A stretch of DNA of 64,000 nt from Rhina ancylostomus (Eukaryota). The notes under the pieces were generated by a model. The model was not told the origin of the DNA, ran no database searches, and saw only the letters and a program-made list of their open reading frames with translations. The stretch's first letter is position 1. Every line of letters begins with the position of its first letter. This document shows positions 12,978 through 26,454 of the stretch, piece by piece. The translations under genes and the position numbers were made by a program. The stretch is taken from positions 80,107,628 to 80,171,627 of the forward strand of contig JARFYF010000084.1 in NCBI GenBank assembly GCA_030265395.1, read 5' to 3'.

Positions 12978-13518
12978 CGGGCTAAAGAAATTCAGCATGA
13001 CCCCTTTGACACTCACCAACTTTTATCGATGCACCACAGAAAGCATCCTATCTAGATGCATCACGGCTTGGTACAGCAACTGCTCTGCCCGAGACCACAA
13101 GAAACTGCAGAGAGTTGTGGACACACTCAGCACGTTACGGAAACCAGCCTCTCCTCTGTGGACTCTGTCTCCACTTCTTGCTGCCTCGGTAAAACAGCCA
13201 ACATAATCAAAGACCCCACCCACCCTGGACATTCTCTCTTCTCCTCTCTCCCATCCCACTGTTATAAGACTAATGAATGGTTGCCTAGTACAGTGAGATG
13301 GACTCTTGACCTCATAATCTACTCATTATAACCTTGCACCTTATTGTCTACCTGCACTGCACTTTATCTGTAACACTTTATTCTGCATTCTGTTATTGTT
13401 TTACCTTGGACTACTTAAATGCGCTGTTGTAATGAATTGATCTGATTGAATGGTATGCAAGACAAGTTTTACACCATACCTCAGTACATGTGAAAATAAC
13501 AAACCAATTTACCAATTT
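12978..13518 (+). mobile_element. Rex1/Babar-type LINE 3' end
   Basis: TLTNFYRCTTESILSRCITAWYSNCSARDHKKLQRVV and NIIKDPTHPGHSLFSSLPS. The 3' UTR ends in aataacaaaccaatttaccaattt. Confidence 0.88.
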
Positions 13519-13639
13519 AACATGGCTACACTTATAACAATTTACTTTTCATTCTCAGCAGTGTGCACTATAACTCTGATAATCTGCTATCTGACTATTA
13601 AAAAATCCCAAGGCTTTGGCATCCAGCTCACCAAGTGAT

Positions 13640-13811
13640 ATTTCCCATGCTACCTTTTAAACTTATCAGGGCTCCAAGTGCCTGTGCTCCCTTTAAACTG
13701 ACCAGGGCCCCATTTCCCGCAGTCCCTTTAAATTCACTGGGGCTCTGGTTCCTGTGCATCCTTTAAACTAAGCAGAGTCCCGTTTTCTGCACTAACTTAA
13801 ACTTACCAGGT
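13640..13811. repeat. Degenerate ~35-bp minisatellite, about 5 units
   Basis: The ttaaa anchor ends at 13661, 13697, 13732, 13767 and 13801. Approximate unit tttcccrygctccctttaaact.accagggcccc. Confidence 0.8.
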
Positions 13812-15029
13812 TCATTGGAAAGTTTATTATAATACTGTGTAACGTCTATGGAAAAAAAAGTGAATTGAAAGTGTGCTGTGGTACAAGTAGGAATATCATT
13901 CGATAGTTTGGAAAATCTATCAGTCTGGTACCCTGAAAGTCCGGATTAGCAGTGTTTTGCTGAACTTTGACATATTGTCAAGAGCTATTTATTAGTTTAC
14001 AAGAAAATGATCCAGCTATTGATTTTCCAACGATGGAAGTTTTGAACACTTAGTGGCCCCAAGCCATCTTTTGGGTTAGTCCAGGAACAATTGTTATGGC
14101 TTTTTTTTATGCTGCTTCATTCACATGCTCCAGAATTCCAAAATGTGGTTGAAAATTCCTATCACGCTGCACACACCTGTACTTCAATTATTTGGAGCAT
14201 CTGTTAAGCAAAGTGATCTCCATTGAATATTACATATTCAAATGGAAATAGGATCCAGTATGTACAGAGCCACCAGGGAGAAAAAAAACAAGAACTACAA
14301 GGCACTTGGGATCTTAATTTTTTTTAAGAACTTGCAGCTCTCGGTTGTTTGTTTGTGCCTTCATTGTGGTGAAGAGATGTTGCCACGTTGTATGTTTGCA
14401 CATAAGCCTGTTGGACTTATAAACACAAAATTATTTTCCACATCGTCATTCAGAATGAAGGGAGAGAAAAGCACATGCAGTTATAGAGCCCTTTATATCA
14501 TTTCTGAATGTCCCAATGGCTGTCAATGGTGTATCACTTGTAAGGATCATATCAACAATTTGTGTGCAGTAAGCTTTCTCAAGCAGCACTGAAATGAAAG
14601 GCAATCATCTGATTTTAAGACTTAAGAGTGTTACTCATTGGCCTGGATCTTGAGAGAAAAACATCCTACTGTTAAGGTAATGCTATGGGATCATTTTTGT
14701 CTACCTGAGAGAACCTTGAGTTAATATTATGTAAAGCACAGCGTTCATTCTGTACTGCACTAGAGTACCATCTTTGATTATGTGCTCAATTCGTTGTACT
14801 TTAAGCCCTTATTTTCTGTNNNNNNNNNNCCACCATAGAGCCACAGCTGACTGTTAATGGCCTGTATTTTATGGAGAAATATTGGCAATTCCATGCAAAA
14901 TTGGCGTATCTCCATTTATTTAAATGTAGAGGAGTGGCTGTGGAGAGACAACATAAGTATTAGATAACTTACATCATTTAATTTTGAATTAATTGATTTT
15001 AATTATATTAGGGTTTTAGATTTCACTTT

Positions 15030-15840
15030 GAGAACATAGTACAACACAAGAAGAGGCCCTGCAGCCCATGATGTCTGTGCTGGCCATAATGTCAAATTAA
15101 ACTAATCCCATCTGCCTGTGCATGATCCATATCCCACTATTTCCTGCACTTTCATGTGCCTAAATGCCTCTTAAGTGTCACTATCATATCTGCTCTGCCC
15201 CCACACCCGGCACATTTCCTTTGAATTTTCTCCCTCTCAAGTTAAATCTATACCCTTTAATATTTGACATTTTCACCCTGGGGAAGAAAGATTCTGACTA
15301 TCTACCCTATATTTGCTTTTCATTATTTTATAAACTGCTTTCAAGTCTCCCCTCAGCCTCCGACACTCCAGAAAAACAGTCCGAGTTTGGCTAATACTCT
15401 CTAATCCAGGCAACATCCTAGTGAACCTCTTCTTTCCCCCTGTCCAAAGCCTCTACATCCTTGCTGAGCTGTGGTGACCAGAACTGTACATGATACTCCA
15501 AGTGTGGCCTACACCCTAACCCACCAAGACAATCATCCTATATGCCTTCGTATTACCACTTTCAGAGATCTATGGACTTAGACCCCAAGATCCCCCTGTA
15601 CATCAGTACTCCCAAGGGTCCTGCTATTTACTGTAGACTTTCCTCTTACATTTGACCTCCCAAATTTCAACACCTCCATTTGTCTGGATTAAACTCCATC
15701 TGCCATTTCTCCAAAAGTATCTCCAACTTTTCTATATCCTGCTGTATCCTTTTGACAAACTTCATCATTATCCACAACTCTATGAATTTTTGCTTCATCT
15801 GCAAACATACTGATTAGCTAACCTACATTTTCAACCAATT
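15030..15840 (-). mobile_element. CR1 LINE 3' fragment with internal deletions
   Basis: Tail (gaacatagtacaacacaagaagaggccc) and reverse-strand motifs RLRGDL, RPHLEY and FADEAK. Confidence 0.82.
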
Positions 15841-16020
15841 TTTTTTTTTGTGTGTCTTTAATTCTTTAATTTAATTTAGGTACAACTTACTCAAGTCACC
15901 ACCCACCCCAAGTGGAGGCACTTTGCATGAAGTTGACCCTGAGGGAGTTTGCAAAAGGGAAGGTTGGCCTTCCCGTGTGGATCAGCAGTTAGCAGATCAC
16001 TTGCCTCAAGCAGGAACTTC

Positions 16021-16068
16021 TGCCCCTCCCACCCCTCTGCCCCTCCCACCCCTCTGCCCCTCCCACCC
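16021..16068. repeat. 17-bp tandem repeat, nearly 3 units (tgcccctcccacccctc)
   Basis: Seen directly in the sequence. G-runs lie on the minus strand. Confidence 0.9.
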
Positions 16069-18719
16069 ATTACCTCTTTCCCAGAGGTCACATGAAATAT
16101 GCCTTGTGGAAAACAGATCATGTTCTTCTTGGCTGTGAGATCAATGAGCCTCTTGCTATAAGGCAGCTATATAATTCAGTATGGTATTTCCACCTGTCAC
16201 TTAGTGAGGCAAATCCTGAATGGAAATTGTTTTACATTCAGTCATTAAAATAGCATGAGTAAAATCCAGGCTAAGTAACATTCATGGTAGTGAATCTCTA
16301 CTGTAAATGGTCTTTGCTCTAAAAGATCTTTTAACTTGAATCCAAATTGCATGCAAGACTAAAATTCTTTTTAACCACTCCTTCATCCTTTTCCCCTGAA
16401 TGTTTGTGATGATGTTGCAGTAATGTATTGGCACTTAGCTGGATGAAAGTCCATGTGGGATTTTTCATATCCCAACACAGGTTTTAATTTTTAATAACAG
16501 TCAGCCTTGCAAGTCCATTGCAATGATTAACATTATGAATGGTAAATTTTAAGTACCTTATTGCAGTTGATGAACCAGGATCCTGAGAACTGGTTTGAAG
16601 GTCTATAAAGTGTAAACATTTGATGAACTTGGAATTACACAATCTGACGCTAATTTTCTTATATCAATGACCGCAGTTCAGAATGAGCGAACAACTTGTA
16701 CTCTTTGTCATATTCTAGTTAAACTGGTCAGGGTTATTGTTTCACATTTTAGGTGACATTGGTAAAGAGACCACACCTTGTTGAATACAACTATTAAATT
16801 ATTAAAGGATATTTTCACCAAGTTCTGTTCTATTTCGGATATAGCTCTGCTTTCTTCCATCTGACAGTACAGAGACATTGGTGGACAGGTAAACCTGGGT
16901 TATTTGCACATACTGTATATCCATGTTGATAAGCTGAGTACAAGAGGGAGGTAAAATATGCATAATATGCCACAGCAGCAATTACTGTAGCCAGATACTA
17001 CTGGAATTTGACATGGTCACAGTGATGTGAGCACATTGAAAGTATTTGTAAGGGGGGGTGGGGAATGGGCTGGATGGTGACACACTGAGGGAGGACCTTA
17101 AAAGAGGAAAAAGGATGATGTGGTCAAGGGTGGATGTACTGAGGAAAGAGTTGATGGCAGGTTTGGTTTGGGAGAATATTGCCAATATTAAAGGATAATA
17201 CCACTGGATATTGGGCACAGAAAAATAATTTAAGGAGGGGAAGAAGAGGAGATAACCATGACGAGTGTGACAAAAAGCTACTGAAAATGAGGATTCAGGT
17301 TGGTGGAGCTTGTTGAGGGAAGGTAATAGCTGCAGCTGTAATAAAGAAAGTCTCAGTTCCAAAGCTGTTTGTACAACTTACCAGGTGTGAAAGGAGATCA
17401 GGTAAACTGAGGAACCTGGAATAATGCACACATGGATTTGGACATGACCACCTCAAACATCAAAGTCTCCAGCTTTAGATGATCTGGACTATGACAGGCA
17501 AATCCTTTTACACAAGTGGACTGGTGACCTGCAGATAAAAACTGTACTAGGAACGGTTAGGGATTGTTGAGGGGTAAAAAAAAGGTATTAAATGCAGGTA
17601 CTTGGTTGACAGATGTGGTAAAGTTATCAGCCAAAGGAATTGGAATTAAGCGATAGTGTATTGATGAAAGAGTTTGATCAATAAATCTGCCTAAATATGA
17701 TTAATGAGGGCTAGATTTCCCCTTGTTATATTGATGCATGCGTTCAGAGGTAGAGCACAGTCCATTTAATCTGTAACAAGCAGCAGAGGCCGTTTCTGCA
17801 CCTTGTCGGTAGCAGTGTGCTGGTGATCTGGTGATATTATTCATCAGCTAAACCCTGCCTCTGGCTGTTACTAAAGATTTATAAGCTAACCTGGATGCCA
17901 CAGTAACAGTCACTAATTCTGGACCATTTGGCCAGATCCTTGCAGTCCTGATTGATGTTGGGAGGAAAGTGATTTCTGTACTTGGGCTTATTATAGTTTC
18001 AACATGAGGATTGAATGACTGAACGCATAGTAACAGCCAGGTCATCTGTTGCGACCAATTCCCATCCAAAGCCCAAACCAGGGTAAGCTTGGTCTAATTT
18101 TAGACATTGTTTCACTGATCCTGGAAATGGTTTCCATTTCTTGATTGAATTTTTGTCATTCTTACTATAAAGTGAATCAGTTAACCTTCACTTTATGCCA
18201 GTTGAATTGAATTTGAAATGCTATTTAGATCTGAGATCAGGAGACATTTCTTCACCTTGCCTACCTCCAGAAAGCAGTGGAATCCAAGTCATTAAACATA
18301 TTCAGGAATGAGACAGATATATTTCTTAATGCTGAACGGATCAAGAGAGAAGGTAGTAACAGGATAGTAAAGTGGATGATCAGCTGTTAACATGTTGAAT
18401 GGTGGAGCAGGGCGGAATGCCTCCTCTGCTTCTAACTGCACAGGATGTTTGTTTTCATTGATTTCTCTTTCTAACCAAGGATTGCATTATGGGCAGGGTC
18501 AAATTGTGCAAAGGAGCTCATTTGAAAACCATAACCTGCTGAATAATTAAACAAGATAATGGGGAATTGAAGCATATTGATTTCACACAGCTGTTGTCAA
18601 TTTTCAGGAAGCTTCATCACTGTGAACAGCATATTAATGAATATAAATTCATGTTGTACTCACTCGCCAACACAACCATGTATTTCTGAAGGAATGGTAC
18701 AAATATTTCTACAAAATTA

Positions 18720-19050
18720 AAAGGGCCTGACAGGATGTAGGTACAGAGTTTTCCCTGACTGAGGAGACTAGGACTAGGGGATACAGTTTAGGCTGTTTAG
18801 GACTGAGATGAGAAGTTTCTTTGCTCAAAGGGTGATTAAATCTTTGGAATTCTCTACCTGGACAGTTGTGGAAGCTCACTCATTGTGTTCATTCAAACCA
18901 AAGATGGATAGATTTTTGGACATTAAGGGAATCAAAAGATATGGGTGTAGTGCTGGAAATTGGCACTGAGTGACAAGACCAGTCATGATCTTAAAGGAAC
19001 AGGTTCAAAGGCACGAATGGCCTACTTGTGGTCCAGTTTTCTTATGTTTG
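18720..19050 (+). mobile_element. CR1 LINE 3' fragment
   Basis: tttaggactgagatgagaagtttctttgctcaaagggtg...tctttggaattctctacc...gaatggcctacttgtggtccagttttcttatg. Confidence 0.72.
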
Positions 19051-21797
19051 AGCCTCCTAGCAGCAGCTGCAGCAGGTCTACATAGGTAGGTTTCTTTGTG
19101 TGGCAGGTTACTTGGGATTTTTTTCCTCATTTTCTATTTAAAACTTTATTCAAACAGTAATTAACAATTGAGACATAAAATGCCTGGTTTAATAAAACTA
19201 TGTTTAAAACTGATGTGATCAGCATTTACTGATGAGTTCTTTTAATTGATCAATTTGTAGTAATTCATTAAATTTGGTATTTTGGAATTCTCGCACTCTA
19301 CTGTCAGTTTATTTAAACTAATTAGTCTGGTTTGCTATTAGGTCTTGGTGACATTTTGTATTTCTGGGGCTGTTTCAAGTAAACTTGATGAGAGATCTCC
19401 ATTAAATTAAGGGGAGACTGTTTACTTAATCTTTGTGTTGATCAAGTAAGAAACTTACACTTGCAGCCAGAAATGCCATTAATGGAACATAGTTCTTGAT
19501 GTTTCAGTCTTGGTTAATAGGCTTGGTGACTTACTCCAATGTGATCATGAGAAAATTGCACTTTAAGCCATTTTTTAAAGTCTTGATGACATCTATATAT
19601 TGAAAGAGCTTGGAATGGTATATATTTGATTGATGTGTGGCTTGCATGGGATTCCTTGAAGCAATAATGCTGCAAAGTAATAAGGTGTTTCTTTTTCCAC
19701 ATTGCTACTTAATTGAATAGGTTTTAAACTCGAAGGAAGGTGAGGTCATAGTCTTGGCTCCCCTGTCTTGCCAGGGGAGGGAGTTTTCATGAACCAATTG
19801 GGTAATGAAGTTAATTATAACTAAACTATAATATAGACGGAAGAAAATTCTTGTTACTGCTATGCCATGCCTTTGTTAGACTACCATGCACATTCCGAGC
19901 ACTCTGCTGCTGCTTATACAGAATGCTTCAATTTAAATTACAAATGGGGATTGTGTGGATTGTATTCTCTGGTACATAGAAAGACTATGGGATAATTTGA
20001 TTGGGGCTTTGTAGAATTTTGAAAGGAAATTTTGTATGTCTAGCACTTCAGGGTATAACCTCAAATGAGAGCCAACCCCTTCAGATGAAAAGAATTCTTC
20101 TCACCAATGCTGGTAGAAGTGTGGAACCCTTTCTGCCAAAAAGAAGCATATGCTACATCCGTTTATGATTTTAAATTTGAGTGCAAGAGTTCTGTTACTT
20201 TGGACTAAAGGATATGGAGCAAAGATGGATTCTCAGTGAGTGGTTTACTTCTGTTCCATTTGGTTTATTGTTACTTTCACCACTAAATTTGACTGTACCT
20301 GTACTTGGTTCAATAATGAAAAGTTACCAATATCCTGTCCCAACCTGCCTGCTTTATTTCTGAGGCATGAGGTGACATGCCCGAGAACTTTGATGTTATC
20401 TGACCTTGAGAATCAAAGTTGTAGATCACGTGCAGAGCCACAACATGAAGCACACGTGCAGAGCCTTGGGATAAGGTGGAAGGTGGGGTCTGGGAGGGGT
20501 GGAGACAAATGGGCCTTTTTCATCTGCAGTAACTGTGGAGTTCCTCCAATTCAGAGAATTTCCAAATATACCTGTGAATTTGATCAGTGTTACATAGTGG
20601 AAGTCCTTGATGAACCAAATCCGTACTTCTCATTTTCTTGAAGGTGCTTCATAATTGTGTTAGGAATCCCTTTGAGAAGTAAGTGTTAGAAGTCCTGCAA
20701 TGTGAACCAAAGTTGCTGTCATTAAAGAGACATTTCTTAGTATTTGATAGATCCACTTCCAGTAGTAGGCTTCACAGTTAGACAATTTGTAACCTAAATC
20801 TGAGTTGGAGAGCAGATTTGTTGATTTTAGAAAATATGCATCAGCAATAATGTATCAGTGAATTTCTATGGGTGTTATTGTACTATCTAATCAGATGCAG
20901 GGAGAGATCAGAATAAAAATTAATTCATACAATTCTGGGGCAAAATTCAGACATTGTGTGGTTGAAAATTGTGAACCTGGATTAGAGCGATTTTGCAAAC
21001 CTTTCTGGGTATCCTCTCACTTTTTTGATGAGATTTTCTATCTCCCAAGTATTTTTATTCTGTTTTTTAAAAAAAACTCCCATCTGGAAATGACGTTGAC
21101 AATAGTACACATCCAAAATTAGTCTGCAATGAGATTTGCAATCTCTCGTCTGAAATAAAGATAACAATTCATAATTATTCATGTAAACTTGATTTTTCCT
21201 AATGCCATTTCCTTCTGAATTTTGTTTTAAAGGCCCAGTGCTCAGAGAGTCTCTCAGTACAATACCCTCCCAAATCTTCAATCACTTGAGAAAGACCCAC
21301 TAACCCCCTGGGAGTACTCTTTGCCCTCCCTCCCATCATTGCAGCACTCACGCATTCTGAAGCCACAAGTGACTGTAGCTGAAAGAATCTTGTGTTATAT
21401 CCTTTCACTGTTGCTGAGCCAAAGTCTGGGAACTCCCTACCTATCACCAATGTCTTTAACACAGCGAGTGCAGTGGTTCAAGAAGGGAGCTCACCCCCAC
21501 CTTCATCAGGAGTGTGCAATATTGCTGATCTTGCCAGCAGTTCCTGTGATCCATAAATTAATAAGAAATTATGGCATCGTCCATTGCAAGTAGAATACAA
21601 ATGGGAGCTATAAGGACTGAGGTACAGGATCTTAAAATGAAAACCATTGACCATTAAGAAATGTTGGGGTATACTTTCTAATAAGGAGTCAGTTGCAATA
21701 ATTCATTTTCCCTTGTTTATTTGCCACCACATTGCCTTATTCCATGTCTCCTGCTTTGTTATTATCAATAAACCTTGCATCAAGGAAGATGCTATTT

Positions 21798-22041
21798 TTT
21801 AAAAATTTTATTTACAGCGTGGTAACAGGCCCTTCCAGCCCAACAAGTCCGCGCCGCCCATTTTAAACCCCAAATTAACCTACCCGTATGTCTTTGGAAC
21901 GTGGGAGGATACCGGAGCACCCAAAGGAAACCCACGCAGACATGGGAGAATGTACAAACTCCTTACAGACAGCGACGGGAATTGAACCCCGATCACTGGC
22001 GCTGTAATAGCGTGGCGCTAACCGCTACACTACCGTGCCGC
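21798..22041 (-). mobile_element. Young tRNA-derived V-SINE/HE1-type SINE with CR1-derived tail
   Basis: Minus strand: box A-like tagtgtagcgg, box B ggttcaattcc, V-core gtgggtttcctttgggtgctccggtatcctcccac.ttccaaagac, tail gggctggaagggcctgttaccacgctgta. CpGs are retained; possible TSD ctattt. Confidence 0.88.
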
Positions 22042-22264
22042 CTATTTGTTTCCAGTCTACATTCCCTTGCCTGAAGTATAGTTGTGTAGCACATGCCAAT
22101 GCAGACTTTGGGTGCTGTGCATTGGAAGCACATTATGTTAGTAAGCATTAAAAATAACTCTTCACCCACACCAATCTGTTTCCCATCAGAAGGCTATTTA
22201 CGCGTAAAGAATTCCATTTTGCCAGTTGGAAAAAGGGGATGTGCTTAAAGAACCCAAACTTCTT

Positions 22265-22391
22265 TTGCAGGGGTTTCGACCTGAAACATTGATAGTTCCT
22301 TTCCCCTGACAGGTGCTGCTCGACCTGCTGAGTTCCTCCATTAGGTTGTTTGTTGCTCCAGATTTCGACATCTGCAGTCTTTTGTGTCTCC
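22265..22391 (+). mobile_element. Short Penelope-derived repeat
   Basis: gcaggggtttcgacctgaaacattga...tgctgctcgacctgctgagttcctcca...atctgcagtcttttgtgtctc. Confidence 0.75.
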
Positions 22392-24169
22392 TTTTGCTGA
22401 TGTTGTGACCCAAGTGTTGCAAGACTTCCTGTTTGTGAGGTTTCTCTATTCCTTTGCCAGGTTGGTTAAGATCAGATGTGTAACTTTTCACAGTAACGGG
22501 TTTTCCAGCAAGGAGATTCCTTGCACCAAAAAAATGGTTCTGATTAGGAAAGTGAAAATTGTGATATGGACCATGGTATTTTCAGAGTATTGAAAATTTT
22601 CTGTGTACACATACCAAGCCTAGGTAGCTCTCCTTCTCCCAGAGATCAGTTTGTTCCCTTCAGTGCATTCATCAGGGTTGCTTTACATAGGAAGAGTGGC
22701 CCAGAAATTGTTCCACATTGGCTTTTTTTTTGGTGTTAGTACAGTGTAGTGGTCACCTTAACGTAACTTTTTTGATAAGGAGCATGAAGTGCAAGATTGT
22801 GAGAACAGTTTCTATTAGAACGCCACATTGGAATTGAATTTGCCAGTTTCAAGTCCAGAGTTCTGTATTGATGTGTTGCAAGTTCTATTACTTGTAATGT
22901 AACACAGTTGGAGCAATCTATCCAGCCAGCTTTCAAAAGGGCCACCACTTTCGCAATAACACACTTCCTGCTACGGGACAGCATGGCCAATGAAACTGTC
23001 TGAGATATTCTCAGTACTGATGTTTACGGGATGATGTGATGCCTTTAACTAGCCATAGTGATTTCACGAGCACAGCTTGTCAGTTCAGCAGGAGCTGATG
23101 TGTACAAGTGAAGAGTCATTTATCTGGAAAGATGGTTGGAATAGTAACTCAGCTGATGCATGTCATTCAATGCAATATTCCTGTGGCAATGAGAAACATT
23201 TTTACAGGTGTCGGGGAGTAGTATTCTTGTTCGGGGAAGGGTTTGCAAGATGAATGAACCATAAAAGCTGTTGGTATTTTCACTCAAATTCATTCACTGT
23301 GGGCAGCGTGTCTAGTGTTTTTTGTTCATCTATAATGCTTTTAAACTATGTGCATTCATAGTCTATTTCACAGTACAGTTAATAGTTTACTACATTGATG
23401 TGAGCTTGGATCTCCTATAGACCTGGCCAAGTAAGGAGAGCAAATCTCCTTCCCCAAGCATGTTGTTGGACCCGATTCCTGCGACGGTCCAGGTATTCCA
23501 TCATCACTGTTGCTAATACTTCATTAATGGAATTTCTACTTCATAGGTATAGCCTTCCAATGGAAAACAGATTGGTGTGGGTGAAGTTATTTTTAATGTC
23601 TCTGTGTCATCAGTTCATGCCTCTAGTCCACTGATGTAAACACCATGTTGCCACATCCCCAATGCAGTGGGAGTTAAAATTCAAGCCCTGAAGGAGTGAA
23701 CTATTAAGGGATAATTACTTTGTATGGAGAGGTCCACAGTACTGATTATTACAAAGAGTGACCTAGAAGGTTCAGGTTCCCGCATAACAGTTATTTATGT
23801 TCCCCACCTGCCTCATTGGGCTCAACCAACTAATGCGTGGAATTGCAGTGACAGCAAGGCAGTGCTTCCATAAAAAAGCAAGTTGGTCACTGTGTGCACC
23901 CTGCCCACTCTGTGTCCTTGCAGGTTGCATCAATAGGGCAGTGGATAGAATAGATCAATAGGGCATTCTCTCCAAAACCAATGTATCCTTCTATCTGTAC
24001 TCTGGGCCTGGTTTAACCAAGGCTGTGCATTGCTGCAGTATAACTTCCATCTCCTTTTACATTCCAGAATATTCTAAATATAAAGACCAGCATTCCATTC
24101 GATTTCTTTTTTTTACCGCCCATGACATTTTAATGATTTGTGTCCATGCACTTCCACTGTTCTAGATGA

Positions 24170-25065
24170 AGCAACTAAATGCAAGGTATTCAGGTTTGCT
24201 AACTCCACGTAACTCCATGAGAGAGTGAGCAGTATTGAGATTGAGAAGGGCCACGTGACTGTCTGGATGGCAGATATTGTGGGGAAATGTAATATTGGTT
24301 TTGATAGAAAGAGTAGCAAAACTGCATACTTTAACTGACAAGAACCAATGGAGTTGAGTGGGGATTTGAGTGTTCTACTGCATGAAANNNNNNNNNNCAG
24401 AAAGTTGATGTGCAAGTGCAGAGATCATTTGGGAAGGCAAATGATCCGTTGACCTTTATTTCAAGGATAGTTGGAGTACAAGAGTAAGGAACACTTGCTG
24501 CAACTGTACAGGGCTGCAGTGAAGCCATGCTTACAATCGTGGGTAGAGTTTTGGTCACTGTGCCTACAAAGTGATGTACTTGGCTTGGAGGGAGTGCAGT
24601 AAACATTCACTAGAATGATTCCTGAGATTAGGTAGATTGTATGTTCTACCAATTGTATGTTCTACCCAATCTTCTAAACTTGGGAGTTTAGAAGAATGAA
24701 AAATGATTTCATTGAAAGCCATAAGCCTGTGAGAAGAGTTGGCAAGAGTAAATGGTGAGAGAATGTTTATCTAGTTGAAGAGACCAGAACTTGTGAGCCC
24801 AGTCATAGAATTACACTGACTTAGTTTTGCCATTTAGAAATAGGATGAGGAGATATTTCCTCACTCAGGGATCTCTTAAGTTTTGCACACAACAATTAGG
24901 GTGCACATCTGCTGAGTCTGCTCAAGGCTAAGATTAATGATGTTTGGTGCTTTAATATATGTGAATTGGTCAGACAGAGAAGTTAAAAAATTGTGGATCA
25001 ACCATGATCTTGTTGAATGGTGGAACAGACTCGATGGGCCTCCTGGTCAACTCCTACTCCTATAG
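24170..25065 (+). mobile_element. Old CR1 LINE fragment
   Basis: Decayed RT C-terminal sequence (tggatggcagatattgtggggaaatgt; gcaactgtacagggctgcagtgaagcc) and tail gatcaaccatgatcttgttgaatggtggaacagactcgatgggcc. Confidence 0.7.
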
Positions 25066-25423
25066 GTGGGCTTGTAGACTTGTCTATGACACTACAGAAC
25101 AGCAGTTGGCCATCCATCTTGAGTTATAATGATCCCTGAAAGAACCAGATTGACTAATAACAGTCCAAAAGAATTGAGCCCATTATAGACCAGGTAGGAT
25201 CTGGGATGGGAAGCTGTCAGCAACCTGTGCAGGTGTGGCTGTGGGCACAGTCAGGAATTTGCCGATGCACTCACTGGTGCTTGCACTTTTCTTGATTTGG
25301 GAGGCAGTGACATCAATCCATACAGATCAATCAAAGATGGCGGTAGATTTTGTGAAAGTAGCAGTTTTTGTTGAACAGGGAGTTCTTTACTTTCTGTTAC
25401 ATCAGAGGAGCACAGGTAACATC

Positions 25424-26075
25424 ATATGGTATGGTAAAGAAGGCGAATGGCATTCTTGCCTTTATTAGTTGAGGCATTGAGTTCAAGAGTTAGGAAATTA
25501 TGTTGCAGCTTCATCAAACTCTGATTAGGCCGCATCTGGAGTATTGCATTCAGTTCTGGTCGCCCCATTATAGGAAGGATGTGGAGGCTATTGCAGAAGA
25601 GGTTTACCAGGGTGTTGCCTGGATTAGAGGGCATGTTCTATAAGCAGAGGTTGGACAGACTTGGGTTACTTCCTCTGGAGTGATGGAGGCTGAGGGGAGA
25701 CCTGATAGAAGTTTATAGGATTAGGAGAGGCATAGATAGAGTAGACAGCAGGTATCTTTTTCCCAGGGTCTAAATGCCTAATATTATAGGGCATGTATTT
25801 AAGGTGAGAGGGGATAAGTTCAAAGGAGATGTGCAGGGCAAGTTTTTTTTTACACAGACAGTGATGGGGGCCTGGAATGTGCTGCCTTGGGTGGTGGTGG
25901 AGGCAGATACGATAGAGGTGATTAAGAGGCTCTTGGATAGGCACATGAATGTGCTGACAATGGAGGGATATGGACCATGTGCAGGCAGAAGGGATTAGGT
26001 GTCATTAGCTTAATTAGTTCGGCACAACACCGTGGCCAAAGGGCCTGTTCCTGTGCTGTACTGTTCTATGTTCTA
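25424..26075 (+). mobile_element. CR1 LINE 3' fragment, relatively well preserved
   Basis: Encodes LIRPHLEYCIQFWSPHYRKD, ..LRGDLIEVY.., FKVRGDKFKGDVQGKFFFTQ...WNVLP. Tail gggcctgttcctgtgctgtactgttctatgttcta. Confidence 0.9.
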
Positions 26076-26454
26076 GGTGTTTAATCCACAATAGAGTGGC
26101 TTGTTTGATACTATGATAGTTTATATATAATTATTGAAATGAAGAACTACTGTTTAAGTGCAACCAATCCCTGCTAAGAGTCCATGCCTCAGGTTGAGGG
26201 CAGTGAGTTGTTGCATCAGGAGATTTACTGGTCAGATCTCTCTCAATTTCTGCAGTGTTACTGGAAACCCAGAAGGAATACACCTGCTCATACAGTACTG
26301 TATCAAACCAAATATTCCAATGTACTTCATTCAATTTTTATTGAAGTACAGGTGATGTTGGAGAAGTTTAGAAATTGTTCTGGAGCAGGAACATCGCACA
26401 AGCAGCAACCAGACGAATAGTTAGTGTGTGTTGGTCATCTGAATGGAGGGTGGA

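Noticed and set aside
13640-13811. CRISPR-like array
   Set aside because: It is a tandem degenerate minisatellite without unique spacers, in a vertebrate context with no cas genes.
16950-17700. Possible antisense L2-like LINE remnant
   Set aside because: The purine bias is suggestive, but I could not recover a diagnostic peptide motif, so it is not called as a feature.
21960-22041. tRNA gene
   Set aside because: The tRNA-like A/B boxes are the head of a SINE, followed directly by the V-core and LINE tail.
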